From NCBI GenBank assembly GCA_012295275.1, contig CM022675.1, positions 7,006,001 to 7,070,000 of the forward strand: DNA of 64,000 bases, in the 5' to 3' direction. Made by a program: the position numbers and the translations under genes. The notes under the pieces are model-generated. The model had not been told where the DNA came from. It did no database searches and saw nothing but the letters and a program-made list of their open reading frames with translations. The DNA is from Chrysomallon squamiferum (Eukaryota > Animalia > Mollusca). The first letter of the stretch is position 1; every line of letters begins with the position of its first letter. Of the stretch, positions 1-13,375 are shown piece after piece.

Positions 1-292
1 AAACTGCTTTTTTTAATTATTTGTTGTTGTTTCTATTGTTTTTCTTTTATCCTTTCTTGTATTTTATTGTATTTTTCTGAAAAATAATTTCAGCCGTTAA
101 ATATATTCATTTAAACATGGGTATCTGAAATGTTGCATTCAAATTTTTTTTAAAACATAAGTATTTTTAAAATTTATACCACTTTATATATTCATTTTGA
201 CAAATGTTTTTGAAAAACATTATATCTGAATACTTTTACTAAACAGAAATTTTTGTGGGTTTTTTTTCAGGTTTTCCTGTGACCGTCTCAAA

Positions 293-316
293 ATGACGGG
301 TTTTCTCAACCAGTAG
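293..316 (+). promoter_or_regulatory. uORF (MTGFLNQ*) in frame with DLGAP, ending 3 nt before the main ATG
   Basis: caaaATG ACG GGT TTT CTC AAC CAG TAG GAA ATG seen directly. Confidence 0.6.
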
Positions 317-319
317 GAA

Positions 320-1886
320 ATGGCTAGAAGTGGACCAGTTTCAGTATTAGATAGTGGTAGTTTAGATAATAGTATAAAAATTGTCAGAGACAGGATCACA
401 CGATTCCAGAGTCCTGCGCGATTATCTTCACGAAGTTTAAACGATGAAGATTTCAACGTGAGTTATCGTATACCTCAGCCGTACAGAACAAGCTTCTCTG
501 CTACTCATTCGGTGGAAAAAATTGGTGGGAGAAGCAGATCTTTGAGCCCAGCGTCGAGTCTTAAAAGTGGGAAAAGCGGGAAATATGGGAGAAACAGATC
601 CAAAAGTCCAAACGCGAAGCGCGTGACGTACGACACGCGTGTGACCATAAGACATTCGCTTACAGGGGATTCGGTGTTCACGGAGTTGTCTGCCCACGAC
701 TTTGATTCCAGCACTCCGTACAGTTTCAGTAAAATGTCAAAAGGGAATTACGGGAAGAATTTAAACCAGTCGCTTCAGTCCGCGGATTCTGGCATTGATT
801 ATTCATCGGAGTTACGAGATATTTCGCAACAGATTTGCAAGATGGACTGGTCGCCTAGGAACAGTGTCGAGAAGTCCAGTCCATCTCAGCATGGAATTCT
901 CAAAGATTGTCAAAATTCCAGTAAACCAGTTTCTCCCACATCGCCCAAATCCACCAACATGGGTAACAAGGAGAACTCGCCTAATGGTGCGAAACACAAA
1001 ACAAACATCAGCAAAGAGTATTCTTACGACAGGACTATAAGTTACAGAATGGCCATGAACGAACAACCATCAGACGAAATGAAAAAACTCGCCGAAGCAA
1101 TGCTAGACGATCGCGTAGATGATGAGAGTGTGAGGAAAGAACGATCAAACACGATGCCGTCCAACAACAACATTCAAAATGACAAGCTGACGCCCAGCAA
1201 GAAGTCTGTGAGTAACAGTATTAGTAACTTCTTTCGGAAGATGTCGCCTCGGCTGAAAAGGAAGCCCAGTCGAGAGAGAACTAGCAAACCTTCGTCGGCT
1301 TCGGGGAGCACGTCCAGCTTAACGGCCAGCGACGTTTCGGACAGCGGTCACTTCTCGAGGAACAAAGTCCGGCAGTCTTTTCTGAAGTTCATCAATCGAT
1401 CAAAGTCGAGGTCAAGGTCACGAGAACCCGAAAAGGCGTCTCCCACGTTGAAAGATGACCTTGAAACCCACGGCGACAGCAGTCCGCCAAACAACAAGCA
1501 GTTCTTGCCCAATTCTACGAACCGAATGCTCAAGTCAATAGAACGCAACACGCTTTCGGAAAAGGATATTTATTCAAAGTTCAAGGACAAGCAGTCCCCA
1601 AATCGACCAGGAGAGACAACTCCAGCTAGACCTAAACCTTTCACAGCCAAACCTGCCAACGAATCCGGAATAGGTGATCAAAGTTCTGTATTGTTTCCTT
1701 CAGCCGAAGTGCATCTGCCGAGGAAAGAAATTTCTAGAAAACCGTCAGACGTCACCAAGCCAGAACCCCCCAAGTCACTGGATGTTGTACCACCGAAAGC
1801 AGTGAAGGCCCTGCAGACGTCTGTAATCAGCACAGTGTCTGGAGATGAATCCATCGGGGAGTGTTCACTTGATGCTAATCTGACAG
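320..1886 (+). CDS. DLGAP: DLGAP/GKAP-family scaffold, first coding exon (long Ser/Lys/Pro-rich N-terminal region); exon begins at 271
   Basis: Long non-repetitive ORF; acceptor ttttcag|271; donor ACAG|GTGAGT at 1887 (phase 1) joins in frame to 34396; contains RTISYRMA, matching the GK-binding RxxSYxxA repeat. Confidence 0.85.
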
Positions 1887-2610
1887 GTGAGTTTCTTTTT
1901 AATCAGTTTTCAAAATGTTCCCTTTGTGATATATACACGTTACCTTAATACATTTTGTATATATATATCCTTTATCCGAAGTCAGTGAATAATCAGGAAA
2001 ACATAGTGAAACTTGAGAAAAATCAATTAAATGTACCATGTCTGTTATACTTGATGAAATTTTTTGGTTTTAATCTAATAATTGATTGTGTGCTTCTGTT
2101 TTAATTTTTTTTTTTTTTTTTTACTATGGACCATCATTTACTGTTAATAAAGTATAACAATAAATTAAGAGGTTTTAAGTATACTTAATATACAGACCAA
2201 TATTTTTTTTCTTTTTTGTTGTGATATTATTTCATAAGCAGAAAAATTCATGATGAATTGATGATATAAGAATTTTTCACTGGTTTATTCACTGAAAATA
2301 ATGTCATGAAAAAGATAAAATGTCTGCCTTTTATACATTCTCATGAAATAGTTTTATTTTAATAACAAAAATTAGAGGCCAAAATAAATAAAAATTAAGC
2401 TGGAAATATATAAAATGTATTTAAGATATATGTATATATGACAAAAGGTACACTTTAATGACCTTAAAAACATTAGCATATGGAAGCAATTGGTTTATTT
2501 ATATATTTTGTATTAGCATTTAATTTTTATAAAGCAGAATTGAAGACTTATGCTTTGGTGAGAATTTGTTCTAACTGAAACAGGATCCATAGCCTTGCAT
2601 TAAAACACAT

Positions 2611-2665
<55 letters not shown>

Positions 2666-4571
2666 TACATACAATTATTACTAGTGAAAATTTTTTTTTT
2701 TTTTAAAAGTAAAATTTCATTATTATTTGCATTAAGTGATTCAGAATCATACCAAGAATCTCAGCTGGAGTTTTGCTAATATTCTTTTGTTTAATTTTTC
2801 ACACTGTGCTTGTTTTCATTTAATCCTTTGCATATTCTAATTTGTGATTCAATTCACACCAATATTCATATGTTTATTTAACAAGTAGGTTACTCGAAAT
2901 TCTTTAAATAATTCAGAAAAGGAAGGTCTAGACAAAAATTAAAATGATTTCAGAAGTGCTATTAAACTGGACAGTTTGCTATGTAAATGGGAATAGAAGC
3001 AGTGCAAATTTATATGTGTGTATCTATGTCTCTGTATGTTAATGGTGTTTGAAATTTTAAATGAAATAATTTCCAAGAATAACAAACATTTTGGCACATT
3101 GCATTAAATATTAAAGTAAATTAAAATTTTGTCAAGAATGAGCCAGATGTTTGCAGTTAACACATTAAAGAGCTTGAACTGAACTGAACTAATTAAAATG
3201 TTCAAATTACATAAAGGTGAATCAGCAATGGACTGAAGCTTTGTGAAATATTTTTCTATCTAAATGCTAAATGCTCACATTTTGAACAATAAAGAGCTTT
3301 TAATCGGATTAAATGAAATGTTTTAGTATCAATAATGTGAACATATATTGTTTTCAAGTATAAATTACTGATAACTATTAAAAATAAATAATAAATATCT
3401 TTAAAAATAATTATAATTATAAATAAATAAACTGACAAGTAAATTTCAAAATTCTTCAGAATTCAGATATCATTCATTTAAAAATTCATTTAAAGGGAGG
3501 TAATCTTAAATCTGGCATTAAAATTAAGTTTTAGATTATGTTGAAAAATACCTACAAAGACTGAGCTGGCATTACAAGAAATAGTAAAACTGAATTTACA
3601 AGATTTAAAAACTTTATTGTGTATAAGTAATCTTTCCCTGTATGGATGCATTACTTTTATTATCATTATTTTTATATTTATTTTGTTTATTTTAATTTTT
3701 TTTATCTTTCCTGATTTCTAAAATTATCATATTTGCATTTTGGGTGGGGAGAGTATATATCATTAATGGAAAAATAAAACAACTTACTTTTGAAGGCATT
3801 TAGAAATATCATGTGTTTGACAACTATTAGATGATATAATGTATTGGTTTTTGAAAAGTTTTAGCTGTTACATAATATATTATGAAACTAAATTTTATAG
3901 TTTATCTGTGGTTTTTAGCTATTTAAAATATATTAAATAGTTGATTTTTTTTTTCTTTTGAGAGAAGGGGGTGTTGTTGTTCTGTTTATTCTATGTTTAA
4001 TTAAGTAACCAAAAGATTTGATTAAATGATCACTGGGTTTTTTTCATAAATTAATTTATAACTTTTAAAAGTTAAAATATAAATTAATTAATTAATTAAG
4101 ATTTTGAAAAATAATAAATTTGAAAACAATAATAAATTAAAATAATAAAATATCAAAATCATAAAACAAATAATCTATTGTAATATGATAATATAATTAA
4201 TATAATATAATTAAATTAAAATAATTATTAAAAAAAAGGTCACAGGGTTTTAAAACTTTAGAACTTAGTTTAAAGAGATCCCGATTTTCTGGGATTTCAT
4301 TATTAATCACCTTACAATAAATCAGCCCATTGTTACACCTGGGCTGTTATTACCTGTGATTACTATATATTTATGCAAATGTAGATGTGATTGCTTTATG
4401 ACTCTGTGATGTGTCTGTATTTATTCAGCAGACAGGCTGGTTTATAACTTTTAAAAGTTTTCCTGTACAAACACGAATAGTGGTAGAGGTTGCTGTTTCA
4501 ACAGAAACAAGGTGTGAATCTTAATTTTTTGTGTTCAGGTATGTGACTGTTAATTTTGTTGTTGAGCTCTC

Positions 4572-4625
<54 letters not shown>

Positions 4626-5744
4626 GTATATAGTTTTTCATCTGTTCTTGCATTTAGTTTATTAATTTTGTTTTCCTTTTTTGTTTTAAGAAAAATAATA
4701 GTATTTGCAGGTGTGTGTGAGAGAAAGAGGGAGAGGGTAAAAGATAAAGTTTTTTAATTGAATACAAACAGTATGTGAATCCAAAAAAATGAATAAACAG
4801 TATTTGTATATATTATCTTGTATATACATATGCATGTATGCATATGTGTATGCATGTATATAATTATGTACATGTGTGTGTTTATGAGTATATTTGAAGC
4901 TTTGTGTATTTATGTGTGAAATGATGTCTACATAATTAGATTAGCCATGTAATAAAGAATATTTGTTTACTTTATATCCTTATTTATACATCTCTTTGTG
5001 TGTGTGTGTGTGTGTGTGTGTTATCTGTGTTCCATATTAATTGATTTTCAGCTGTTTTGTGGGTTTTGTTGGGTTTTTATTTTTTTTATTTAATGCACTG
5101 AACTGTCAGTGAAGAATGTCTTATTTTTTAATGTATATATTATGGAAATATTTATTTTGAAAAGAAAATGTAATTACCTGAGGCATTTTATTATTTTCTG
5201 TGACAATGCATGGAAATTTATTGCTAGAATAACTTCTTTTGGTCAGTATACTGGTAGGATATTTTATCCATTTTAAGCTGCAGAGAACCTTTCTAAGCAT
5301 GTTGATACCTGTTGCCTTGTCTGTTCAGAAATACACGTACATAGTAGTACAATAGTTTATTTACCACTTTGATGTCATTGTGCTGTTTTTTCCTGTTAAA
5401 TTCCTTCATGTCTTTGTCACAATGCGAGAGAATTAAATGAAAATATTAATCATTCTTTATTTAATGAAAGTAACTGAATAATAATAATAAGTTTAGAATT
5501 TTTACAGATGTCAAGTTGTTCGTGACAGCCGGATATTAAGTTGAGCAGTTTATGCAATATTGGATGATTATATAAATTATTGCTAACCCTTGTCAAACAG
5601 AGAAGGATGTTCTGTAATGACATACAGTTTTTCTTGTCAGGGTTAGCACTAAAAATGTCAGGCAGTCATAATTTTTCAGTTTTGACTAAATAAATGGCTT
5701 GTGTAACAATTTGTGTGATAAAAAAAGAAACAAAGAAAGAAAAA

Positions 5745-5781
<37 letters not shown>

Positions 5782-6645
5782 TGTGAAAGATGTTTTAGAA
5801 GGACTTCTTTGAATCCAAGATTAAAGAAGTCAGCCAAGTATGCACTGAATTCTCCATGATTTCTTATAATCAACTAGGTATATATTTGCAATCACAGTAA
5901 TCTGTTGTTTATTCAAAATACTGAAATTATTTTTACTCAAACAAGAGAAAGAATATCTGGCATGTCTTTGGCTAAGGCTTTTTTTCTTTTCCTTTCTTAT
6001 TTTGTGGACAATTATGGAGATTTCATCTGGATCTGTCAGCATGAATGAATGTTCCAAAAATTCTGCAGAGATGGATATGCTTAACTCAGAACCTCTAAAA
6101 CATAGTTTGATGCAATATGAAGTCACATTTTTTACGTATTTTATCCTTTGCTATTATATCAATTCAATTATTATTATGTTAGTACTGTGTGTGTGTGTGT
6201 GTGTGTTTCTATTCTGTTCTGTTAACACTTGGGTGTACACTCTAAAGGTTCAAGATGTAATGTGTCAACATTTGAGAAACCCGGTTTGTCAGCCAAAAAC
6301 ACAATATTACTTTATTAGCTTCTTGAAATGTTAAAGAGAAAAGAAGTCTTCTATAGGTTCTAGATGATTTGATCTTTGTACCTATCTACCAAAGCAGCTA
6401 CTGACATAACTGCAATATCATGAAAAGTTTGTGTTTTGATTGATTGAGTCTGTGTGTGTGTGTGTGTGTGAGGATTGTGGGTTGGTCAGTAATTTTTTAT
6501 CTTTGTATTTAACAACAGAAGGTAATTGGCATAACTGTAAAATCAGGAAAAGTTTTTTTCTATTTTTTTTTTTTTTTAGAGTGAATGTGTATGTATGGAT
6601 ATGCATGTCCATGTTCATGCATGCCTCAGTTATGAAGGCCAGAAC

Positions 6646-6700
<55 letters not shown>

Positions 6701-9700
6701 CATCATCTGACCCAGCAGCCAGTAACAGAAACACAGCAGGGACCATGGATCACACAGTGTTTTTAACAGTCCAATTATGTAACTGTTAAGTCAAGTGTAA
6801 ATTTAGCAGTTACGTTTGACACCAGCATTCCTACAATTTGTCACTTTGACTGATCTTTGCCAGCTATTAAAATAATCCTCACATTCTGCTGTTGCAGATT
6901 AACTCTTACCTTCAATTTCTGCTGAAACTTGGGTTGGAACCAATTTAAGCAAAAAAACAAACAACTAAAATAAAATTTTCAATTTTTTTTATAAAAAAGC
7001 CTGAGGTTGCCAGTATTTGGATGTAGTTGGGGCAAAGTGTGTAGTATTAGTACTACAACAATATCTGACATATTTATTTTACTAAAAATTCTATTTTATA
7101 GATTTTTAATTTTTAAATTTTTAAATATTAAGTAATAATAATGATAATAATACAGATTTTTTTCTTTTGATTTAAATTCAACTCTTTTAAAACAAAAAAT
7201 ATTATTATTATTATTAAATTTAAAATACTGAAACTGTTACATTAGAGATTTTTGTTTTTAGTTTATTGTATATATATATATATATATATATATTCATTTG
7301 TATGTGTTTTATCTTTAAAAAAATAATAATAATAAAATAAAAAAAGATAATGATATTGTAAAACAGAGAATTATGTGTTTAAGAGAAAGAGAAACGTTGA
7401 ATGGTTATATATGTAGACCTACAAAATTTATTAAAGTAATTATTTATTCCATCCAAAAAAAAAAATGTTTTAATTTTTATTTTGTCTGATACATATATTT
7501 CCTTGACAAGTACTGTTCATTAAAATGTGTTGCTAGTAAATTAATTAAATGTGGTCCTGTGTTTGAAATGTATTGATGTTTTAGACAAATGTTGTAGTTT
7601 GGGTTTTGTTTGTTTGTAATGTTGACTGAGGGCAAGTGAAAAGTTTGTACAAACTCACAAGATTTGTCAACTTGCAGTTGAACAGATTGCAAACAGCTCT
7701 CAAAAATATACACAACTTTCACTTGAACCTACGGCAAACTGTTGTTGAAAGGTTTCTTGGAGAAGGAAAATAAAACAAAATATCTTTTTTATTTATTATT
7801 TGGTAAGTAATTTGACCTCCTCTTTTTCTTTTTTGTCTTAAATATTTGCTGTTTTTGTGTTAACATGAATCTTGTTGGGTTCTTTTTTTTTTCTTTTCTT
7901 TTTTTTTTTTTAATTTGTGTTTTTCCACTCTTGTTCTGTTTTAGTATTGCCATCAAAACTAAAATTCTTAATTAAAGTTTTGTATTTAAATAATTATTAT
8001 TATTATTATTTTTTTAGTAATTTGTCATTTGTTTGAAATTCTTAAAATTATTATTAATCAAACAATCTGTTCAATAGAAAGAATTAATTAGCTTGTCCCC
8101 TGCTAAGTTTTATTTTTTTCGATGACAATAATGGTGATTTAAACTGTATCTGGCAGCATGAATGTGTGATCTTAAAAAAAATTCCTTATACTTCCAAGTT
8201 ATTTTCATTGTATTGGGCAATTTATCATTATTAATAACAAAGTATGACAACAAAATAATACTGTAACAAAAATCTGTACACTCCCATTACTACCTTTTCA
8301 CAGCTAGAAATGTAACATGATTGTATACATACAGACTAATACCTATTATTTTTCTGACAACACCAGAAGAAACTTTATAACCAAAATGATTTGCCCTGTA
8401 TTTTTTAACTATACCCTTGTTGTTATACTTCGTTATTAATTAAAATTAGTCAACAAAAATAAAATATAAAAATAAAAATAAAGCATTACTTGAATGTATG
8501 AACATTTTTTGGAGGTTCTTTCTTCAGATCACTAGAAGATATTTTATAGATAATGGTGACTTTTCATTTTTTTGTCTGTATTCTCTTGTTTTACTTTATT
8601 GTTAAAATTAGTCAATCAAAAAAAAAAAGGAAAGATAAAAAAGAAAGAATAACTTTGAACTATGTAGAATATGTTCAGATTTTTTCTTCAAATCACTAGA
8701 AGAAAGTGTATAGAAAAATTGTCAATTCTGCATTTTTAAACTGTATTTTTTGTTGTTTTACTTCATTATTAATTAAAATTAATCAACAAAAAGGAAAAAA
8801 AAAAAATGACTTGAAACAATGAACAGTGTATTTTGATTATTTCCTTTCAAATCTCTAATGGTAGATTTTAAAAAAGTATAAATTCAAAATTTTGGCAACC
8901 ACCAGAAAACAAATAGTCAGCATTTTTACAAGTGTTTTTGCTTTGTCATGCCTTACAAACACTTCTTAATGGTTTATAACAAATCTTAAAATACTAAACA
9001 TATTTCAGGTTCTTTGTTTAGGATTTTTTTTTTTTTTTTTTTTTTTTTCAGACTGAATGAGGTGACCATGTCTGTAACCATTAAATTAATGGTGTGTTAG
9101 ATTTAGCACCTTGTTGTTGAATTTAAGGCAAAGTCCAACAGTTTGTTATCAGAAAATGAGATTTTTACTTCCTATTCATGTCCGTGTATCAAATCTGAAA
9201 TGTCCTGTGATGTTTTGTTTGTATGTAGGAAAAGGTATGCTAAAGTTATAATTTTTCAGGGGTCACCAAGTTCATGCAGGTTAAGATGACTTGGTACTTG
9301 TTTGAAGCACAGTTTCATTTGTGTTTGGGTGTGTCTTGTAGGAGTGGGTGTGTCAGGTGTCAGTGGGTGTTTAAGTTGAGAGCTTGCGTGTGCATGCATG
9401 TTTTTTTTGTTTTTTTGTTTTTTTCTACCTGAATATTTTTATGCTTATATGTGATTTTAAATATAAACCTATATATATGAATGAGTGTGTGTGTGTGTGT
9501 GTGAGAAAAACAAAAAGTAATCCAATATAACAAGACAGTCTATCATTACATTAGATATAAACTACGTTCTGTAACATAACCACATAACAAACATCAAATA
9601 AATAATACAATAAAATATTCAAAATGTGCATAAATTAGCAGCTAAATACGTTCTATTTATATATTAATTATTCTTGTAAGTTCTATTATGCCTTTTTCAG

Positions 9701-10810
9701 TTATTGATCTTTTTTTTTTCTCCTTATTCTTTTTTTAATGAATGAATTTTGTGAACACTAACGTCCAAAACAAATACAGATATATTAACAGATGATAAAG
9801 TAACCAGAGTCACACCCAGTTTACACACTTGCATATTTGTGTTTTTAGTGTGCTGAATCCTAGGTGTGGGAACAAATCTACATTTGTTTTCCTTAGTTAC
9901 CATCTACAAAGATGTGCATAATAATAAAGTCTTTATTTTCTTTGTAAGTAAAGATGATGGTTGTTTGGTGGTAACCATCCAATTTTAATGTGATTTGTTT
10001 GTTCCAGAATTCACAACTGATTTGTCATAATATTTTTTTGTCGAAATTCTTCTTGGCTATAAGTTTGTCATCATACTTATGTTTTGCAGTTATTAAAATA
10101 TATTTTATTCAGATGTGTTTATGGTGTATTCTAGAAGATAACTGATGTTTGTTAATTGTTTTTGAATACAGTGCAACAGAAATTTCAGAAAATACAATTC
10201 ACATCGGAAACAGTAAGCGATTGGCACGAAATTGTATTTGTTAAAAGCAGTGACATTAACTTTGATATTTGTGGACTGTGATAAATTAATATTTTTTTTC
10301 TTTCTATAAAATGCAAAAGTGAGTTAATAAAGAGATAAGGACTGCATACTGAAATGTTAAGTGGATCTGTTTCAAAAACCTGGATTATTATTATTATTAT
10401 TTGTTAAAGCCTGCAAGACTAACAAACCACTATGGGGTGTGGAACATCCAAAACTGTTGGTAAGTCTATCTTTAAATGTGATGAACTGAGGTTTAAGAAG
10501 GAAAGAGAGAGAACGTAGGAAAAGAATGACTGAATTTAAAAAGCAGTCTAGAAGCATATGTGACATAAAAGAATTCATGTAGCAACACGTGGACATGTTT
10601 TTTTTTTTTTTTTTTTTTTTTTAATGATTCATAGAAAAAGGAAACAGCTGTTGCTATTCCATAAACATTTTTGTCAATTATTATTATTCTGATACCTTCT
10701 AATATGCAGGAAAATATGCACCCACAGTCTTTGATGTCTAAGGCTGTGGCCCTTGTTTAAACAATTGTTTTATAATAGCCAATACTGGTATGTTCACACA
10801 CAAAAATTAA

Positions 10811-11002
10811 TTAACCCTTTGGCTCCTTAATTAAAAATTGCTGCCAGCTAGATGAACAAGACAAATAGATGCATTGATGCCCCACAGATAGGCATATACA
10901 ATGTTAGTGGAGGTGAGTCTGCTTCTAACAGCATAAACAAGAAGTATTTTTCAATGGTAATCAAATTTTAAGTTGGTTTGTCAGCTTGTAGCAAAGGGTT
11001 AA
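10811..11002. mobile_element. Possible piggyBac-type MITE remnant
   Basis: TTAA-CCCTTTG ... CAAAGGG-TTAA; short TIR plus TTAA duplication only. Confidence 0.3.
10852..10912 (+). CDS. Candidate alternative first coding exon of DLGAP (MNKTNRCIDAPQIGIYNVSG)
   Basis: ATG-initiated, 61 nt, ends at consensus donor GAG|GTGAGT in phase 1, compatible with 34396. Confidence 0.35.
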
Positions 11003-11754
11003 ATGGAAAGATAAGCTTATAAGAATAAAATTTCAAAAAAAAAAAAAAATTAAAATAATAGAGAAAGAAGTAAAAATGTGTTTGTGAAAGAGTCTGTGTG
11101 ACTGATAAAGAGAAAGGCAGGTTGATAATGAGTAACAGAAAGAAATGGAAAGGTCTGCGAATGACAAAGAACAAGAGGGAAAAAAAACCTGGAGAATGTT
11201 TATGTTTGCAATACACAGATGACAGATTAGTTACATTTTTGTGTGAATTACATGTTTGTGAGCATGTGTGAGTGAAAAGGGTTAAAAACTATCGTTGATG
11301 TTTCAGATAAATGTAGTCATTTGGCTAAATATACTTCAGTGAATCATTCACAAAAAAAAAAATTACAGGAAGCAACATGTGCATTCTCTCACAAATCTCA
11401 TAATGGAAATCAATTTGTGCCTGTGAATCAGTGATACTGGCTATAATACTCCAATACAGATTCCATTTAGTGCTATTCTGTGTTAATTCTTCATATCTCT
11501 GTCTACAACACACAGACCAAAATAACCACAGAACCTGTCGTGTAAATGCTATCTGACACACGGCTAATATGACATATTGATGTCTTACTGTCTCATTTCA
11601 GACAGTCTGTAGACATTCTAGAAAGTCTCTTTTGTAACAGAGTACATGGTTATAAATTTCTACCTATCTTGTATATTTTTTTATTTTATTTTTTATTATC
11701 TTTTATTGCTGTTATTATTATCATTGGGATTTTTTTTTGTTTGCTTTTATTTCT

Positions 11755-11798
<44 letters not shown>

Positions 11799-11958
11799 CA
11801 GATTTTTAAATAATCTGCATTAGTTCTTATATATATATATATATATATATAGATATAGATATATGAAACATTCTATCAGATTTTTCCTTTAATATTTCTT
11901 TTGTTTAATTTGTCATCTTAATAATATTTTTGTTTTATTATAAATAAATAAATAAATA

Positions 11959-11993
<35 letters not shown>

Positions 11994-13236
11994 TTTTTTA
12001 ATTATTATAATTTAATATTATACTTAATTTTATTTATGGCTCAATTTTAAAGCACTTTTGATGCATTTGACCAAACTAACTATTTCAGAATTACAAAGAA
12101 AACTATGCACAAAATTTTCTTTTGAATATTTCTTGATATGATGCTGCGGATATGAGTGAATGCTTTCCCCTGATCTGTAAATCACATTTATAATTACTCT
12201 GTTCTTTGAGAATCCACATTCGTTACAGCCACACCAGACGTAAAGGAGAATTCGCCGTGGTTTTTCTTCCTTTTGAACAGAAAGGTGTCAGTAAGTCTGA
12301 CTCCTGGGGACGTCATTAAACAAACAATCTTCCTTTCATTTCACTTGTGAACAAGATACATGATGGTGTTTTCCCGTGAAAAGGTCATGCAATACATTTC
12401 AGAACAATCGTCTGGATTCAGCAACGTTCAGCATTCTTTCTCACTCTCTGTTCCTGTTAGTGTGTCTGAGTTATTGCTATGTTATCTTTATAAATTATAA
12501 CCTTATCAGCAGCTACTTTCATTGTAAAATGTGTGTGACTCTACCAGCTTGAACTAGCCGTATGGTTACTGGGTTTAAGGAAGACGAGAGGGTAACAATT
12601 TTTGAAATACAGGTAAAAAAAAAAAAAAAAAAATGTATTTTATTTTAAAATATTCATAATATATAATAATAGTTTAATATACAGATGTGAGACTTGGATT
12701 TAAAATTATCAGTTATGAATCATTTTTCCTTTGCTCCTTCCTTGGTTATCTTGAAATCCAATCAGGGCTCCACCTCTCCTGTCTGTACACAAAAGTTAAT
12801 GTAAAAAAAATAATAGTAATCATTCTGAAACTGGTGAAAATAAAGTCTTCAATTACTAATAATACTCTCTTGATGTAAGATATTCAAGAGACAAAGAATT
12901 TGATTCTTTTCATGTTGAAGATTTTTAATTTTAGTTTATAATTTACTTCTCATTGTGACTACTCATTTTAGCAGCTGTATTCAGAATGTGTACCTATTTG
13001 ACATGTATGTTTTATTTTATGCCATCATTACATTAAATATGTTGTTTTTATTACCAGTAGGACATTTTTAATCATGATTCATGGCACACATCTAAGTTCT
13101 TCTGTATGTGTGTGATAACAAAATTACTGTTCAATTTATTTTTAATATTTTTTCATGCATATGTGCTGGTATATATCTTTGTTTAATATATGTTTTTGTT
13201 TTTTTTATTGCTGGGTAGGCGTTTTATTTTGTATGG

Positions 13237-13375
<139 letters not shown>

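Noticed and set aside
437-1551. Antisense ORFs overlapping DLGAP exon 1, and 34473-34763 over exon 2
   Set aside because: Shadow ORFs of GC-richer coding sequence with no recognisable motifs
1887-1948. Treating the 542-aa ORF as a single-exon gene
   Set aside because: A consensus donor at 1887 and an in-phase join to 34396 indicate the last 20 or so codons are intron read-through
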